Source: Candidatus Latescibacterota bacterium | Lineage (GTDB): Bacteria; Latescibacterota; UBA2968; UBA8231 | Length of the DNA stretch: 64,000 bases | Assembly: GCA_965206595.1 (NCBI GenBank) | Contig: OZ242214.1 | Location: 3,296,001-3,360,000, forward strand | Direction: 5' to 3' | Shown here: positions 1-9,797 of the stretch, piece by piece | Layout of the letters: every line of letters starts with the position of its first letter | How positions within the stretch are numbered: the stretch's first letter is position 1 | Position numbers and translations under genes: made by a program | Notes under the pieces: model-generated | Databases searched by the model: none | What the model was told of the DNA's origin: nothing | Seen by the model: the letters and a program-made list of their open reading frames with translations, nothing else

Positions 1-154
1 GGATCGCAGGCACCCGGACGCCGATGAAGCGGTCTTCCTCGGCGTACTCACCGGGGCCGGTCTTGAAGAAGCGCTGCGAGTGCGCGGCGATCCCGTCGTC
101 GGTCAGTGCCTGCAGGTCGCGGCGGGCTTGTGCTGTCGTCGTTTGTGATTGCAT
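1..154 (-). CDS. DNA alkylation repair protein (AlkD-like), 5' part, runs off the window edge
   Basis: Manual translation from ATG 154 gives [51 protein letters not shown]; [17 protein letters not shown] is typical of this family. Confidence 0.75.
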   Translation of the reverse strand, partial: MQSQTTTAQARRDLQALTDDGIAAHSQRFFKTGPGEYAEEDRFIGVRVPAI

Positions 155-460
155 CTCGGAATCGGCGGCGAAATTGGCGCCCTCTTCCGGGGCGTGTCAA
201 CAGCCCGGCGCCGGGAGGATGCGGGCCGGGGATGGAAGGGGGTTGAGACCGGAACAGCGTCAGGAGTGGGCGAACTGGGGAAAGCTGTCACTTGGTTGCG
301 CCCCGTCCAGCGCCATTCAGGGTGAGGGAGCACTCCATGCGCTCCTGGAAATGGAGCATGGCAGGGGGAAGACCGATTTAGTCCTTTGGTGACTTGATTG
401 ACCTGGGGGATAGCCGCCCCCAGAATTGCCCGACCGACTTCTGATTCGAAAGCGACACCC

Positions 461-1249
461 ATGAAGCTGACATCCGAACAGCTGCGCTTCTTCAAGCGCG
501 AGGGGTACCTGATCCTGCGCGGCCTCATGGACCCGGAGCTGACGGCGCGGGCGCGCGAGCGGCTGTGGGACGATCCCCCGGCGTCGCTGAAAAGGAAGGA
601 CCCGGCCACCTGGGTGGGGCCGCTTCCCGAAGCGGACCACTCGGACGACAGCGACAACGAGCGGAGAGGGTACCGCTGGCAGTACCGCCGCATTGGCCGC
701 GAGGACTGGATCGTCCGCATGCTGGCGACCGACCCGGCGATCTTCGGAGTGGCCGAGCAGATGCTGGGGGCCGGGGGGGTGCGGATACCGGAGCGGATCC
801 GCGGCATCTACTGCACTCTGCCGTACGGAGACCGGCCGCGGCCTGAGAACGGCTGCCACTGCGACGCGCATCCGTTCCACCTCGGGGTGGTCGGGTACAT
901 CGACGACGTCGAGCCCGACGGCGGCGCCTTCTGCGTCTGGCCCGGGAGCCACCGCGAGTTCTACCACACCTTCACTACCGGGTACATGCGGGACAAGACC
1001 GGCGAGTACGAGCCGTTGCGCGAACGCCTGAACCGGCAGCCCCCCGTCGACTGCCACGGGGCGGCCGGCGACGTCCTGTTCTGGCACCACCGCCTCGGGC
1101 ACATGGCCGGCCACAACTACTCGGACCGCATTCGCCAAGCCGTGCTCTACGATTTCCGGCGCACCGATCTCGAGGAGATCCAGGGGTTGCCGCCGCCGCG
1201 GGACATGTGGAAGGACTGGTCGGAGGAACTCAGGGAAGTAGAGCTGTAG
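461..1249 (+). CDS. Phytanoyl-CoA dioxygenase (PhyH) family Fe(II)/2OG dioxygenase
   Basis: N-terminal LTSEQLRFFKREGYLIL, HxD motif (HCD), WPGSH, distal GDVLFWHHRLGH; ATG at 461. Confidence 0.85.
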   Translation: MKLTSEQLRFFKREGYLILRGLMDPELTARARERLWDDPPASLKRKDPATWVGPLPEADHSDDSDNERRGYRWQYRRIGREDWIVRMLATDPAIFGVAEQMLGAGGVRIPERIRGIYCTLPYGDRPRPENGCHCDAHPFHLGVVGYIDDVEPDGGAFCVWPGSHREFYHTFTTGYMRDKTGEYEPLRERLNRQPPVDCHGAAGDVLFWHHRLGHMAGHNYSDRIRQAVLYDFRRTDLEEIQGLPPPRDMWKDWSEELREVEL

Positions 1250-1292
1250 GTGGGTTCTTCGGTCGGCGCGACCCGGTGGAGGCCCTCGCGAC

Positions 1293-2084
1293 CTACTTGA
1301 CCCAGAATCCCCCGTCGACCCGCAGGGTGGCCGCGGTGATGTAGTCGGCCGCGTCCGAGGAGAGGAAGGCCGCGGCCTTGCCGAGATCCTCTATGGTGCC
1401 CAGCCGCCCCCAAGGCAGCTCCCGCCCCCCTTCCCGCAGCTCATCCTCCGTGGCGAACTGCCGTTCCCCGGGGGTGTCCGTCCAACCCGGCTCGATGACG
1501 TTGACGCGGATGCGATGAGGGGCCAGCTCCTTGGCGATGGTGGCGGCCATGTGGTTGACCCCGGCCTTGGCGGTGTTGTACGGCACCGAGGTCGCCATCG
1601 GGATGAAGGAGAGCACCGAGCTGATGAAGAGGATGTTGCCCCCCTCGCCCTGCTCGACCATGCGCCGCGCCGCGTGCTGCGCGGTGTGGAACGACCCCCA
1701 CAGCGTCACCTCGAGGGTGCGCCGCATCGCCTCGAGCGAGAGCTCGAGAAACGGCTCGCGCTTGGAGTAGTAGGAGTTGCAGACCACGGTGTCGAGGCGG
1801 CCCAGTTCGTCGATGGCGCCGTCGACCATGCCCTCGACCGCGCCGCGGTCCGACACGTCCGCCTGGAACAGGGCGGCGCGACGCCCCAGGCCTTTCACTT
1901 CCGCGGCGACCGCTTCCGCGTCGTCGGCATGGGTGTGGTAGTTGATGGCGACGTCGGCACCGCAACGGGCCATCTCGACGGCGCAGCCGCGGCCGATGCC
2001 GCGGGACGAACCGGTTATGAGGGCGACTTTTCCGCTGAGATCGATGATGGCTCTGTCTCCTGTCGTTTGCGATTCGGAAATCAA
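1293..2084 (-). CDS. SDR-family NAD(P)-dependent oxidoreductase
   Basis: TGSSRGIG Rossmann motif, catalytic YNTAK (YxxxK), RVNVIEPG, VDGG. Confidence 0.9.
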   Translation of the reverse strand: MISESQTTGDRAIIDLSGKVALITGSSRGIGRGCAVEMARCGADVAINYHTHADDAEAVAAEVKGLGRRAALFQADVSDRGAVEGMVDGAIDELGRLDTVVCNSYYSKREPFLELSLEAMRRTLEVTLWGSFHTAQHAARRMVEQGEGGNILFISSVLSFIPMATSVPYNTAKAGVNHMAATIAKELAPHRIRVNVIEPGWTDTPGERQFATEDELREGGRELPWGRLGTIEDLGKAAAFLSSDAADYITAATLRVDGGFWVK

Positions 2085-2125
2085 TAGGCTTCGCGCCGGG
2101 AATTACAGGCGAGGTTGGATCGCGA

Positions 2126-3298
2126 TCAAAGGGTCCGCTGTGACGCCGGCGGCCACGGCATGCGATAGCGCTGCAGCAGCTCGTGGAAGTCCCGGCGGTC
2201 GAGGGGAGCCGTCTCGCTGCGGAACAGGTGGGAGGGGCAGTCGCAATCGGAGGATCCAAAACCCGGCACGCCCGCACCCATGATCGCCTCCAAGCCTCGG
2301 ACAAGCTCGCATTCCAGCCGCCGTGAGGCGCGCACCGGCACCGGCACCACCGCGTCGGCGGCCTGGCGCAGGTAGTCGACATGCCAGTGCATCCGCTTGC
2401 GCAAGCGGCAGTGCCGCGCCAGCCTGGCGCTGAGGTTGGCCATGGCCGAGCCGGCGTACACGTAGTGCCCCTTCTCGAACAGCATCGACCCGAGTTGTCC
2501 CACCTGCAGGCGCCGCCGCCGCGCCAGGTGCAGCAGCAGGAAGTAGGAGCCGCGGTCGTCGACCTCCTTGTCGAGGAACTCCCACGGGATCTCGAGCTCC
2601 CGAACCCGCGGTCCGAGGCTGAGGCCGGGCCGCCAGGAAACCGCCGCGGTCAGGACGTCGACGGCCTCGCGGACTTCGAGCAGGGTGCGGCTGAAGGCGA
2701 GGTCGGAGTGGTAGTCGGGCATGAACCAGTCGGCGCGCGGGGTGTGCACGACGAACAGGACCACCGGCCGGACGCCGCTGCGCGACAGCTCGGCGAGCTC
2801 GAGCAGGTGCCTCCTGCCGCGCGCGGTGACGGCATCGGGGAACATGGCGACGCGGTTGCCGTAGAGGGTGCAGGACTTCACTTCGAGATAGAGCTCGCGG
2901 CCCCCGCGTGAAAGCAGGAAATCGAAGCGGCTGCTTCCGGCGCGGACCTCGCTGCCGGCTATCTCCGCGCCCGCGAGGGAGGGGATGCGGCCCCCTTCGA
3001 TCAGGCGGCGGGCGACGGCGTTGGTGAGCCCGGTGTGGAGAAAGACAAGGTCCCCGTCCCGCTCGACGGCGACCGCGGTGTAGCGCGTTTTTCGGCGGAC
3101 GGGTCCGCTGGAAGTGCCCCGGTTTTCTGTCAGGTACATAGCGACCCCGGGGAACAGCAGCTCCCACATCCGTCCCGGGTTCGGCAGGAAGGCGCGGACG
3201 AGGCGGCCGTCGGCCAGCCGGCAGCGCACGAGGAACTGGTTGGGCCGGTCGACGAAGCCGGCCTTCAGTAATTCCCCCGCTACGAACGGTGCCGTCAT
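2126..3298 (-). CDS. sfsA: SfsA nuclease fused to a C-terminal DUF123/GIY-YIG-like domain
   Basis: RPNQF, LPNPGRMWELL, SRFDFLL, EVKSCTL and FPDAVTARGRRHL are SfsA motifs; C-terminal GSYFLLL..YVYAGSAM..HWHVDYL..GFGSSDCDCPSHLF is DUF123-like. Confidence 0.85.
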   Translation of the reverse strand: MTAPFVAGELLKAGFVDRPNQFLVRCRLADGRLVRAFLPNPGRMWELLFPGVAMYLTENRGTSSGPVRRKTRYTAVAVERDGDLVFLHTGLTNAVARRLIEGGRIPSLAGAEIAGSEVRAGSSRFDFLLSRGGRELYLEVKSCTLYGNRVAMFPDAVTARGRRHLLELAELSRSGVRPVVLFVVHTPRADWFMPDYHSDLAFSRTLLEVREAVDVLTAAVSWRPGLSLGPRVRELEIPWEFLDKEVDDRGSYFLLLHLARRRRLQVGQLGSMLFEKGHYVYAGSAMANLSARLARHCRLRKRMHWHVDYLRQAADAVVPVPVRASRRLECELVRGLEAIMGAGVPGFGSSDCDCPSHLFRSETAPLDRRDFHELLQRYRMPWPPASQRTL

Positions 3299-3402
3299 CG
3301 CCGGTATCGGAACTCCGCGGCCCGGCATCGGGATTTGTAAGCGCGATAGCGGTGCAGCAGATTCAACCGATTCATCAACAGAAATCGAGAAAGGATCGAA
3401 AA

Positions 3403-4143
3403 ATGGCGAAGCAGAACGTGGGCTACGACGATACTCCGATGCTCCCAGGCGGCAAGTGGCGCGTCCACGACGGCGACAGGCCGCAGCCGCGCGTGGTCGA
3501 CCCGGGCACCGGCCGCACCCCGGGGCGCGCGCCCTCCGACGCCGTCGTCCTGTTCGACGGCACCGACCTGTCCGCCTGGGTGGGCCGCGACGGCGAGGCG
3601 CAGTGGAAGGTCGAGAACGGCTACATGGAGGTGGTCGGCGGTACCGGCAACATCCTCAGCAGGGAGCACTTCGGCGACTGCCAGCTGCACCTCGAGTGGG
3701 CGGAGCCGGCCGTCGTTGAGGGGGACAGCCAGGGGCGCGGCAACAGCGGCGTCTTCCTGATGGACAAGTACGAGATCCAGGTGCTCGACGGGTACGACAA
3801 CCCGACCTACGCCGACGGCCAGTGCGGGGCCATCTACGGCCAGTACCCGCCGCTGGTGAACGCCTCGCGCCCGCCGGGGGAGTGGCAGTCGTACGACATC
3901 GTCTTCGAGGCGCCGCGCTGGGACGCCGACGGCAGCCTCGAGAAGCCGGCGTTAATCACCGTGCTGCAGAACGGCGTCCTCCTCCACCACCGGCAGGAGA
4001 TCCTCGGCCCCACCGGCCACCGCGGCTCGGCCAACTACGACACCCCCCACGACTCGGAAGGTCCGCTGCACCTGCAGGACCACGGCAACCCGGTGCGCTA
4101 CCGCAACATCTGGATGCGCCGGCTCACGGGGTACGACGAGTAG
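3403..4143 (+). CDS. DUF1080 / 3-keto-disaccharide hydrolase family protein
   Basis: VLFDGTDLSAW, GNSGVFL, YEIQVLD, GEWQSYDI, LQDHGNPVRYRNIW. Confidence 0.88.
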   Translation: MAKQNVGYDDTPMLPGGKWRVHDGDRPQPRVVDPGTGRTPGRAPSDAVVLFDGTDLSAWVGRDGEAQWKVENGYMEVVGGTGNILSREHFGDCQLHLEWAEPAVVEGDSQGRGNSGVFLMDKYEIQVLDGYDNPTYADGQCGAIYGQYPPLVNASRPPGEWQSYDIVFEAPRWDADGSLEKPALITVLQNGVLLHHRQEILGPTGHRGSANYDTPHDSEGPLHLQDHGNPVRYRNIWMRRLTGYDE

Positions 4144-4153
4144 TGAGGTATAA

Positions 4154-4720
4154 TCAGCGGCGGCGGGTGCCGAAGACGAAGTCCCAGAGCGGGGTGGTGA
4201 CCCCGTAGGCGACGGTGTCGTCCCGGTAGTGATGGCCGAGATGGTAGCGCCGCCATTGCCGCATCAGCCCGAAGCGCCGGAACTGTCCGGTGTGCACGAG
4301 GAAGTGCACGGTCTCGTACGCCAGGTACCCAAGGGCGAGGCCGGCGAACAGCGGGGCCGCGGCCAGGAAACCGGCAAGCAACCAGAACAGTCCGTAGAAC
4401 AGCGCCGCGACCGGCAGGGTGAAGGCCGGCGACATGGTCAGCCGCCGGGTGTCGGAGGGGAAGTCGTGGTGGCGCCCGTGATACAGGTAGACGATGCGCT
4501 GCATCGCGGGGCTTTCGGATTCGAGGTGGAAGAGGAGGCGGTGAACGAGGTACTCGACGAGGGTCCAGGTCAGCAGCCCGGCCCCTATCAGGCAGAAGAG
4601 CCGGGCAACCGGCATGCCGGCGGCGGCCCAGGCGGACAGACCTGCGGCGAACGGCAGGAAGATGGCCGCGGGCACGGCGAGCTGAGAGGCGCTGCCCTGC
4701 TGTTCCGCAATCGACGTCAT
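4154..4720 (-). CDS. Fatty acid hydroxylase / sterol desaturase family membrane protein
   Basis: His boxes EYLVHRLLFH, HGRHH, YETVHFLVH, YHLGHH; YGVTTPLWDFVFGT. Confidence 0.88.
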   Translation of the reverse strand: MTSIAEQQGSASQLAVPAAIFLPFAAGLSAWAAAGMPVARLFCLIGAGLLTWTLVEYLVHRLLFHLESESPAMQRIVYLYHGRHHDFPSDTRRLTMSPAFTLPVAALFYGLFWLLAGFLAAAPLFAGLALGYLAYETVHFLVHTGQFRRFGLMRQWRRYHLGHHYRDDTVAYGVTTPLWDFVFGTRRR

Positions 4721-4741
4721 GACGATGCAAGATAAAAACCC

Positions 4742-5374
4742 GTGACCCCACTCGACAGACTCTACGTAGATCTCGACGACGTCATCGGCGAGACCGCGCG
4801 GCGGCTGCTCGTGATGGCCGAGCAGGAGTACGGCCTCGAGGTCCCCTTCGAAGCGGTGACCTCCTTCGATCTCGACGTCGTCTTCGGTATGGACGCGGAG
4901 GAAACCGCGCAGTTCTACCGGCGCTCCAATCAGGCGGACGTGCTGTCAGGGGTGGCGCTCCGGGAGGGGGCGGCCGAGAGCCTGGCGGCCTGCCGCGCCC
5001 GCGGCATCCAGGTCTGGGTCGTCACCGGCAGGCCCGCGGCCACGAGCGACCTGACGCGGGAATGGCTCGCCGGCCGCGGGGTGCCGCACGACGAGCTGAT
5101 CTTCGTCGAAAAGTACGGCCCCTGGGAGGAGCTGGACGGGCTCCCGCCCGCCGACCCGGCGGAACCGGTATCGCTCGAGGAGCTGGCGGCAATGGAGTTC
5201 CGGGCGGCCATCGAGGATCACCCCGGGATGGCGCGATTTCTGGCCGGGCGCATGCGCACCCCGGTGCTGCTGATGGACCGGCCCTGGAACCGCGACCCCG
5301 AAGCCGACGCTCACCCGCTGATCACCCGTTGCCGCGACTGGCCGGCGGTGCTGGCGGCACTCGGGCTCGGGTAG
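4742..5374 (+). CDS. HAD-superfamily 5'(3')-deoxyribonucleotidase (NT5C)-like protein
   Basis: DLDDVI motif I, VVTGR motif II, IEDHP, DRPWNR. Confidence 0.75.
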   Translation: MTPLDRLYVDLDDVIGETARRLLVMAEQEYGLEVPFEAVTSFDLDVVFGMDAEETAQFYRRSNQADVLSGVALREGAAESLAACRARGIQVWVVTGRPAATSDLTREWLAGRGVPHDELIFVEKYGPWEELDGLPPADPAEPVSLEELAAMEFRAAIEDHPGMARFLAGRMRTPVLLMDRPWNRDPEADAHPLITRCRDWPAVLAALGLG

Positions 5375-5411
5375 GGCGCGGACCGTCTTGGAGTTCCTTC
5401 TCCGAGCCGAT

Positions 5412-8027
5412 TCAGTCCGCCGCCGGTGGATCTTCGTATTCCTCTGTATCGGAGTTCCAATATCCATACTCCCAAGCGTCAGCAATGGCTGATGGCTCTA
5501 CGTTGGACGCGGAAATCCATCTTTTTGTTGGCCGGTGGCCTTGCCTTCGCGGAACCTCCACTTGGTACATAAGGTTCCCTTCCATAATCGTTGGCTGTAT
5601 TATCTCGACATCGGAAACCATTTGGCCACCCTCCCGGTAGCAGACACGAGAACCGGGCTTAAAGACTTGCTCAAACCCTAAAGAATCAGACTCAACGTCC
5701 TCAGGGGAATCAGGTGAATCACCAGAAAAACCGGAGATTTCCTCGCTCACGAGCGCGACAATTTTCCCAAGGTCACTTTCCTCATCATCTGGGTCCTGTT
5801 TAACTGCCGCTGATAAACGAGTAAGAAGGTGTTGGAATTTTAGATAAACTCGCTCGGTCAACCGCAGGCTACCGTAGGTTTCATCGTATATTGCTATACA
5901 ACCGCCTCGTAACCCGCCACCATCAAGACTTCGTACAGAAATGTTCGATGCGGCGGAACCTACATCTTGTGAACCAATGCTGTATTCCCGGAGAATTACC
6001 TCTCTCAATCGATCGCCAAAGGTTCTCCTGGCGGACGACTCTTTGAACCACTCCTTTTCAATACACAAGACGACCCCACTCGTGCGAAAGTTTCGTGAAC
6101 GCGGACGCATGTTGGGATTTCTCTGCTGGAGGCTCTGGTAGGATTGAAAAACTCCGGTACGTCCATCAACATATCCTTCAACTCTCTCGGTAATCTGCAT
6201 CTGGCATTCGGTAAGAAATCCGTTTTCCCCTCGAATAAAATGATTTTCAAATATGTCACCTGGTGCCACGCTGGCGTTGATCCACGTCTTTATTCTTGGT
6301 TGTGTGGACCGGCCTGGGTGGGAAGGCTTAACGCGAATAAATGAATCGAACGTACTGGCGTGCCAAGCAACTACCTCATAAGCTTTCGTCAGGTGTAGGT
6401 AGGTCGCTCCTGGGTAGCACTCCCGAAGGGCTTGGAGCTGATTTACCTTACCGAAACTGTCAGCGTTGAGCCCCCTTTTTATATCGAATCTCACTTCGCA
6501 AACATTGCGAAGTGGATAGCCATTGTGTGGCGTATCTCCTCCCAAAGTGGCCACCGCATCAAATTCCGGTGGTCGATCACCGCCTGATCGCGCTGCCGCA
6601 TGCATATCTTTAAACCCTTCAGGCCAATCGATATCGGATGGAGTTGTTGAAGATGCGCCAAGGAATTCTAATTCTTCGGAAAGACAGCGTCCGTGGGCGA
6701 ATTGCATAAACCGATTGTCGAGATAAAGATAGGATGGCTCAACCGACATGTCATGATATTCGCGTAAAGTCGTACCGTAGGCAGAAAAGGCATTGCCGGG
6801 GGCAATCACAACAAATGCACCTGGACCATTCCTGCCAACTCGTCCCAATCGCTGACGATAGGCTTTACGAGTACTGGGAACTCCAATGTTGAAACCGACA
6901 CGCAGATGGGGGATGTCGATTCCGAGTTCCAATGCGGAAGTAGAAACAATGCCTCTAAGGTCCCCTGACCTTAGCCTTTGTTCAATTTTTGCGCGAGCCT
7001 CCGGATCATAACCTGCGCGATACGGCAGTACATCGGTGTTTTGAAGTAGTTCATTCAGTTCTAAATTGGACTGGTCTCCACTCGCCACAGCCAGACCCTC
7101 GACTCCTTTTCTCGAATCTCGAAAAGTGATGAATCCGCCTTCGCGACCTTTCTCAAGAACGCAGTCTTGTAATGCCCGGGCGATCTGTCCCTCCTCTCCA
7201 ATTGGACATGCGATGTGCGCAACCGTTCGTTTGTGTTGTTGAGCTCCATCGACTTCGTGGTCCACGACTGCAAACTCAGATCCCGTGAGTAGCTTCATGT
7301 GTTCACCAGGGTTTTTTATCGTTGCAGTCGCCGCGACGAGCTGCAAAGGCAAAGATTTCGCTTTACCCTTAAGCAGAAGGTTACGAGCGGCGGTCAGTCG
7401 GCGGATCAGAAACGCGAAGTTGCTTCCGAATACGCCTTCCAGAATATGGGCTTCATCCATCACAACAGTAGATAGCGCCATAAAAAACTTCCTAATTACC
7501 GGCAAAGAAAGACGGGACATTGCCCATGCGTGAAATACGTCAGGTGTCATAGCTACGATACGAGACCGCCTCAGTATTTCCTCGCGTTCAATTGAGGGCA
7601 CGGAACCATCGATTCGCCCGATGACTTCATGATCGAGTCCCAAGGATCGCGCCATCTCCTGCCAGCCCTGAACTTGATCTGCGGCCAGAGCCTTGAGCGG
7701 GTAGAATACAAGAACTCGGCTGTCGGGTTGGAGAAAGGTTTTGTGGAAAGCAAGTGATCGAAAGATGAGACTTTTTCCCGAAGCTGTCCCCGAGGACATC
7801 ACAACATTTTCTCCTCGCCCAAGTATCTCGAGCGCCAGAGCCTGATGTGCCCAAAGTGGTCCGCCCCAGCCATTCATTTCAGCTTGATTTTTGAGGTAGG
7901 GTCCAACTCCGGATTTGAACAGATAACCCGGAATCCCCTGGAAGCTGGCACTCTTCCCAGGAATCTCAAAACGCTCAACTACCGAGAACTCCTCGCCATC
8001 AAGAACCTCCCGAAGTACATCGTACAT
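5412..8027 (-). CDS. DEAD/DEAH-box SF2 helicase (Hrq1/SftH/MrfA-like)
   Basis: GTASGKS Walker A, DEAH, ATAT, STSALELGIDI, QRLGRVGR; visibly lower GC than the flanks. Confidence 0.88.
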   Translation of the reverse strand: MYDVLREVLDGEEFSVVERFEIPGKSASFQGIPGYLFKSGVGPYLKNQAEMNGWGGPLWAHQALALEILGRGENVVMSSGTASGKSLIFRSLAFHKTFLQPDSRVLVFYPLKALAADQVQGWQEMARSLGLDHEVIGRIDGSVPSIEREEILRRSRIVAMTPDVFHAWAMSRLSLPVIRKFFMALSTVVMDEAHILEGVFGSNFAFLIRRLTAARNLLLKGKAKSLPLQLVAATATIKNPGEHMKLLTGSEFAVVDHEVDGAQQHKRTVAHIACPIGEEGQIARALQDCVLEKGREGGFITFRDSRKGVEGLAVASGDQSNLELNELLQNTDVLPYRAGYDPEARAKIEQRLRSGDLRGIVSTSALELGIDIPHLRVGFNIGVPSTRKAYRQRLGRVGRNGPGAFVVIAPGNAFSAYGTTLREYHDMSVEPSYLYLDNRFMQFAHGRCLSEELEFLGASSTTPSDIDWPEGFKDMHAAARSGGDRPPEFDAVATLGGDTPHNGYPLRNVCEVRFDIKRGLNADSFGKVNQLQALRECYPGATYLHLTKAYEVVAWHASTFDSFIRVKPSHPGRSTQPRIKTWINASVAPGDIFENHFIRGENGFLTECQMQITERVEGYVDGRTGVFQSYQSLQQRNPNMRPRSRNFRTSGVVLCIEKEWFKESSARRTFGDRLREVILREYSIGSQDVGSAASNISVRSLDGGGLRGGCIAIYDETYGSLRLTERVYLKFQHLLTRLSAAVKQDPDDEESDLGKIVALVSEEISGFSGDSPDSPEDVESDSLGFEQVFKPGSRVCYREGGQMVSDVEIIQPTIMEGNLMYQVEVPRRQGHRPTKRWISASNVEPSAIADAWEYGYWNSDTEEYEDPPAAD

Positions 8028-8243
8028 GCGGCTCCTCCAGTCTATGGAAACACGAAATCGTAAACCAAGTCCACGAGTTGTGCGCTTGGCCCTATCAAAT
8101 TAAGGGAAAAGGAGCAATGGGAAAAAACTCCATTGGTATCCAACTGGGATCCCCAACAAGAGGTGGCAGGCGTAGCTTCTGGGGGAATTGTTGCAATAGC
8201 CGGAACTGTTGGAAAAGGAATGGAGTAACACCCTGCCCCCAAA

Positions 8244-9383
8244 TCATCCCCCCATTCCATACAGCTTCCCGCTCGCCGCGGCCGCCCTGTCGGTGTACCC
8301 GGGCCAGCGCGGCGGCTCCAGCAGCAGGTCCCCCTCGGGACAGAGAATCCAGTCGGAGCGGCCGATCTCGTAGCCGCGGATGTGGGCGTAGGGGCTGTCG
8401 TCGTTGATGTACTGGACGACGAACAGGTCCCCGGAGGGTCGCTGCACCCACCCCGAGTAGGCGCCGTCGCAGTGGATGCTGCGGTCGTGGTCGATGAAGA
8501 AATACCGGTGGCCCCCCTGGCGGGCGCGGTGGGCGGTGCAGTCCGGGTCCGCGGCGATCTCCTGGGTCTCGACGTGGAGGACGAGGTTGCGCGGCGGCGT
8601 CAGGCGCTGGAACCCGTGGACGATGGCGACCTCGCCGCTGCGCAGGATGCCGGCCCGCGGCCTGCCGACGCAGCAGGTGAGGAAGGTCGGGTAGGGGCCG
8701 GACCAGGTTCTTCCGCCGTCCCGCGAAATCGCCTTGTGCCCGATGGCGCGCTGCCGGTCCTCGCGCAGGTAGCAGACCAGGGTGCCGTCGTCGAGCTCGA
8801 CGTAGGTCCCTTCGTTGAGCCACAGCTCCGGGTCGGAGCAGACGTGGATCGCCGGGCCCCAGGTGCGTCCGTTGTCGGTCGAGGTGAAGGCGTTGTGGAG
8901 CCAGACTGCGCCGGGGTCGTCGCGCCTTCCGACGCGGTCGCCGCCGATGACGATCTCGCCGGCCCGGGTGCGGAATATGCAGGGACAGATGTGGCCCCTG
9001 ATCCCGGTCGAGGCGCGCCCGGTCCAGGTGCGCCCCGAGTCGGTCGAGCGGTAGATGAGGATCTCGGAGTCGGGGTGCTCCTCCGGCTCGAGGCGGGGCA
9101 GCAGGTCGCAGATCATCAGCAGCTCGGAGCCGTCGAGGGCGAGCAGGCGCGGGTTGTTGAGCCGGCCCCCGGTTTCGGGGTCGTTCACCTCGTCGACGAC
9201 GGCCTTCTCGCTCCAGGTGCGGCCGCCGTCGCGGCTGAGGTGGCAGGCGATGCGGCCGAACGGCCGGGCGGTGTGCCCGAGGCTCTCCCGGTAAATGCAT
9301 ACCCAGGTGCCGTCGCCGCACTCGACGAGGTCGGGGAAGGCCTTGTACACGTTGTCTTCCCGGAAGAGGACGGACTTGATCAT
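8244..9383 (-). CDS. BNR/Asp-box repeat sialidase-family protein
   Basis: Four Asp boxes: SRDGGRTW, STDSGRTW, STDNGRTW, SRDGGRTW. Confidence 0.8.
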   Translation of the reverse strand: MIKSVLFREDNVYKAFPDLVECGDGTWVCIYRESLGHTARPFGRIACHLSRDGGRTWSEKAVVDEVNDPETGGRLNNPRLLALDGSELLMICDLLPRLEPEEHPDSEILIYRSTDSGRTWTGRASTGIRGHICPCIFRTRAGEIVIGGDRVGRRDDPGAVWLHNAFTSTDNGRTWGPAIHVCSDPELWLNEGTYVELDDGTLVCYLREDRQRAIGHKAISRDGGRTWSGPYPTFLTCCVGRPRAGILRSGEVAIVHGFQRLTPPRNLVLHVETQEIAADPDCTAHRARQGGHRYFFIDHDRSIHCDGAYSGWVQRPSGDLFVVQYINDDSPYAHIRGYEIGRSDWILCPEGDLLLEPPRWPGYTDRAAAASGKLYGMGG

Positions 9384-9797
9384 CGCTTGGGCTCCTTCTG
9401 GTTGGGTGCGTTGAGAGGTGACCCGGGCGCTACGGTGGGCTCGCGGTTTGGGGCTGGGCTCCCGCTATCGGGGGGAGCCGACGCTTGGTTTTCGGGGAAA
9501 GAGAGTGAAGCGGCTCTCGCAGCGCTAACGGTCGTGTGTGAAGGTCAGGGGCCGGCATGGAAAGCTGGGCGGATATATGGGCCGGATCTTCAGGGGAGCC
9601 GCAGGCAAATAGCCGGTCGAATCCCCGGCTGGTCGTTCAACAGACTTCATGGAACAGGGATGTCAGCTGCAGGTGTTGGCGAGGTCTGCGTGAAATGCGG
9701 TCGGTGATTTTCAGGCGGGCGCGGCAAGGGCCGCCCAGCAGTTCCAATCATTACATCGGGCGACATCGGGCGGCAACGGATACGGGATACCACCGCA

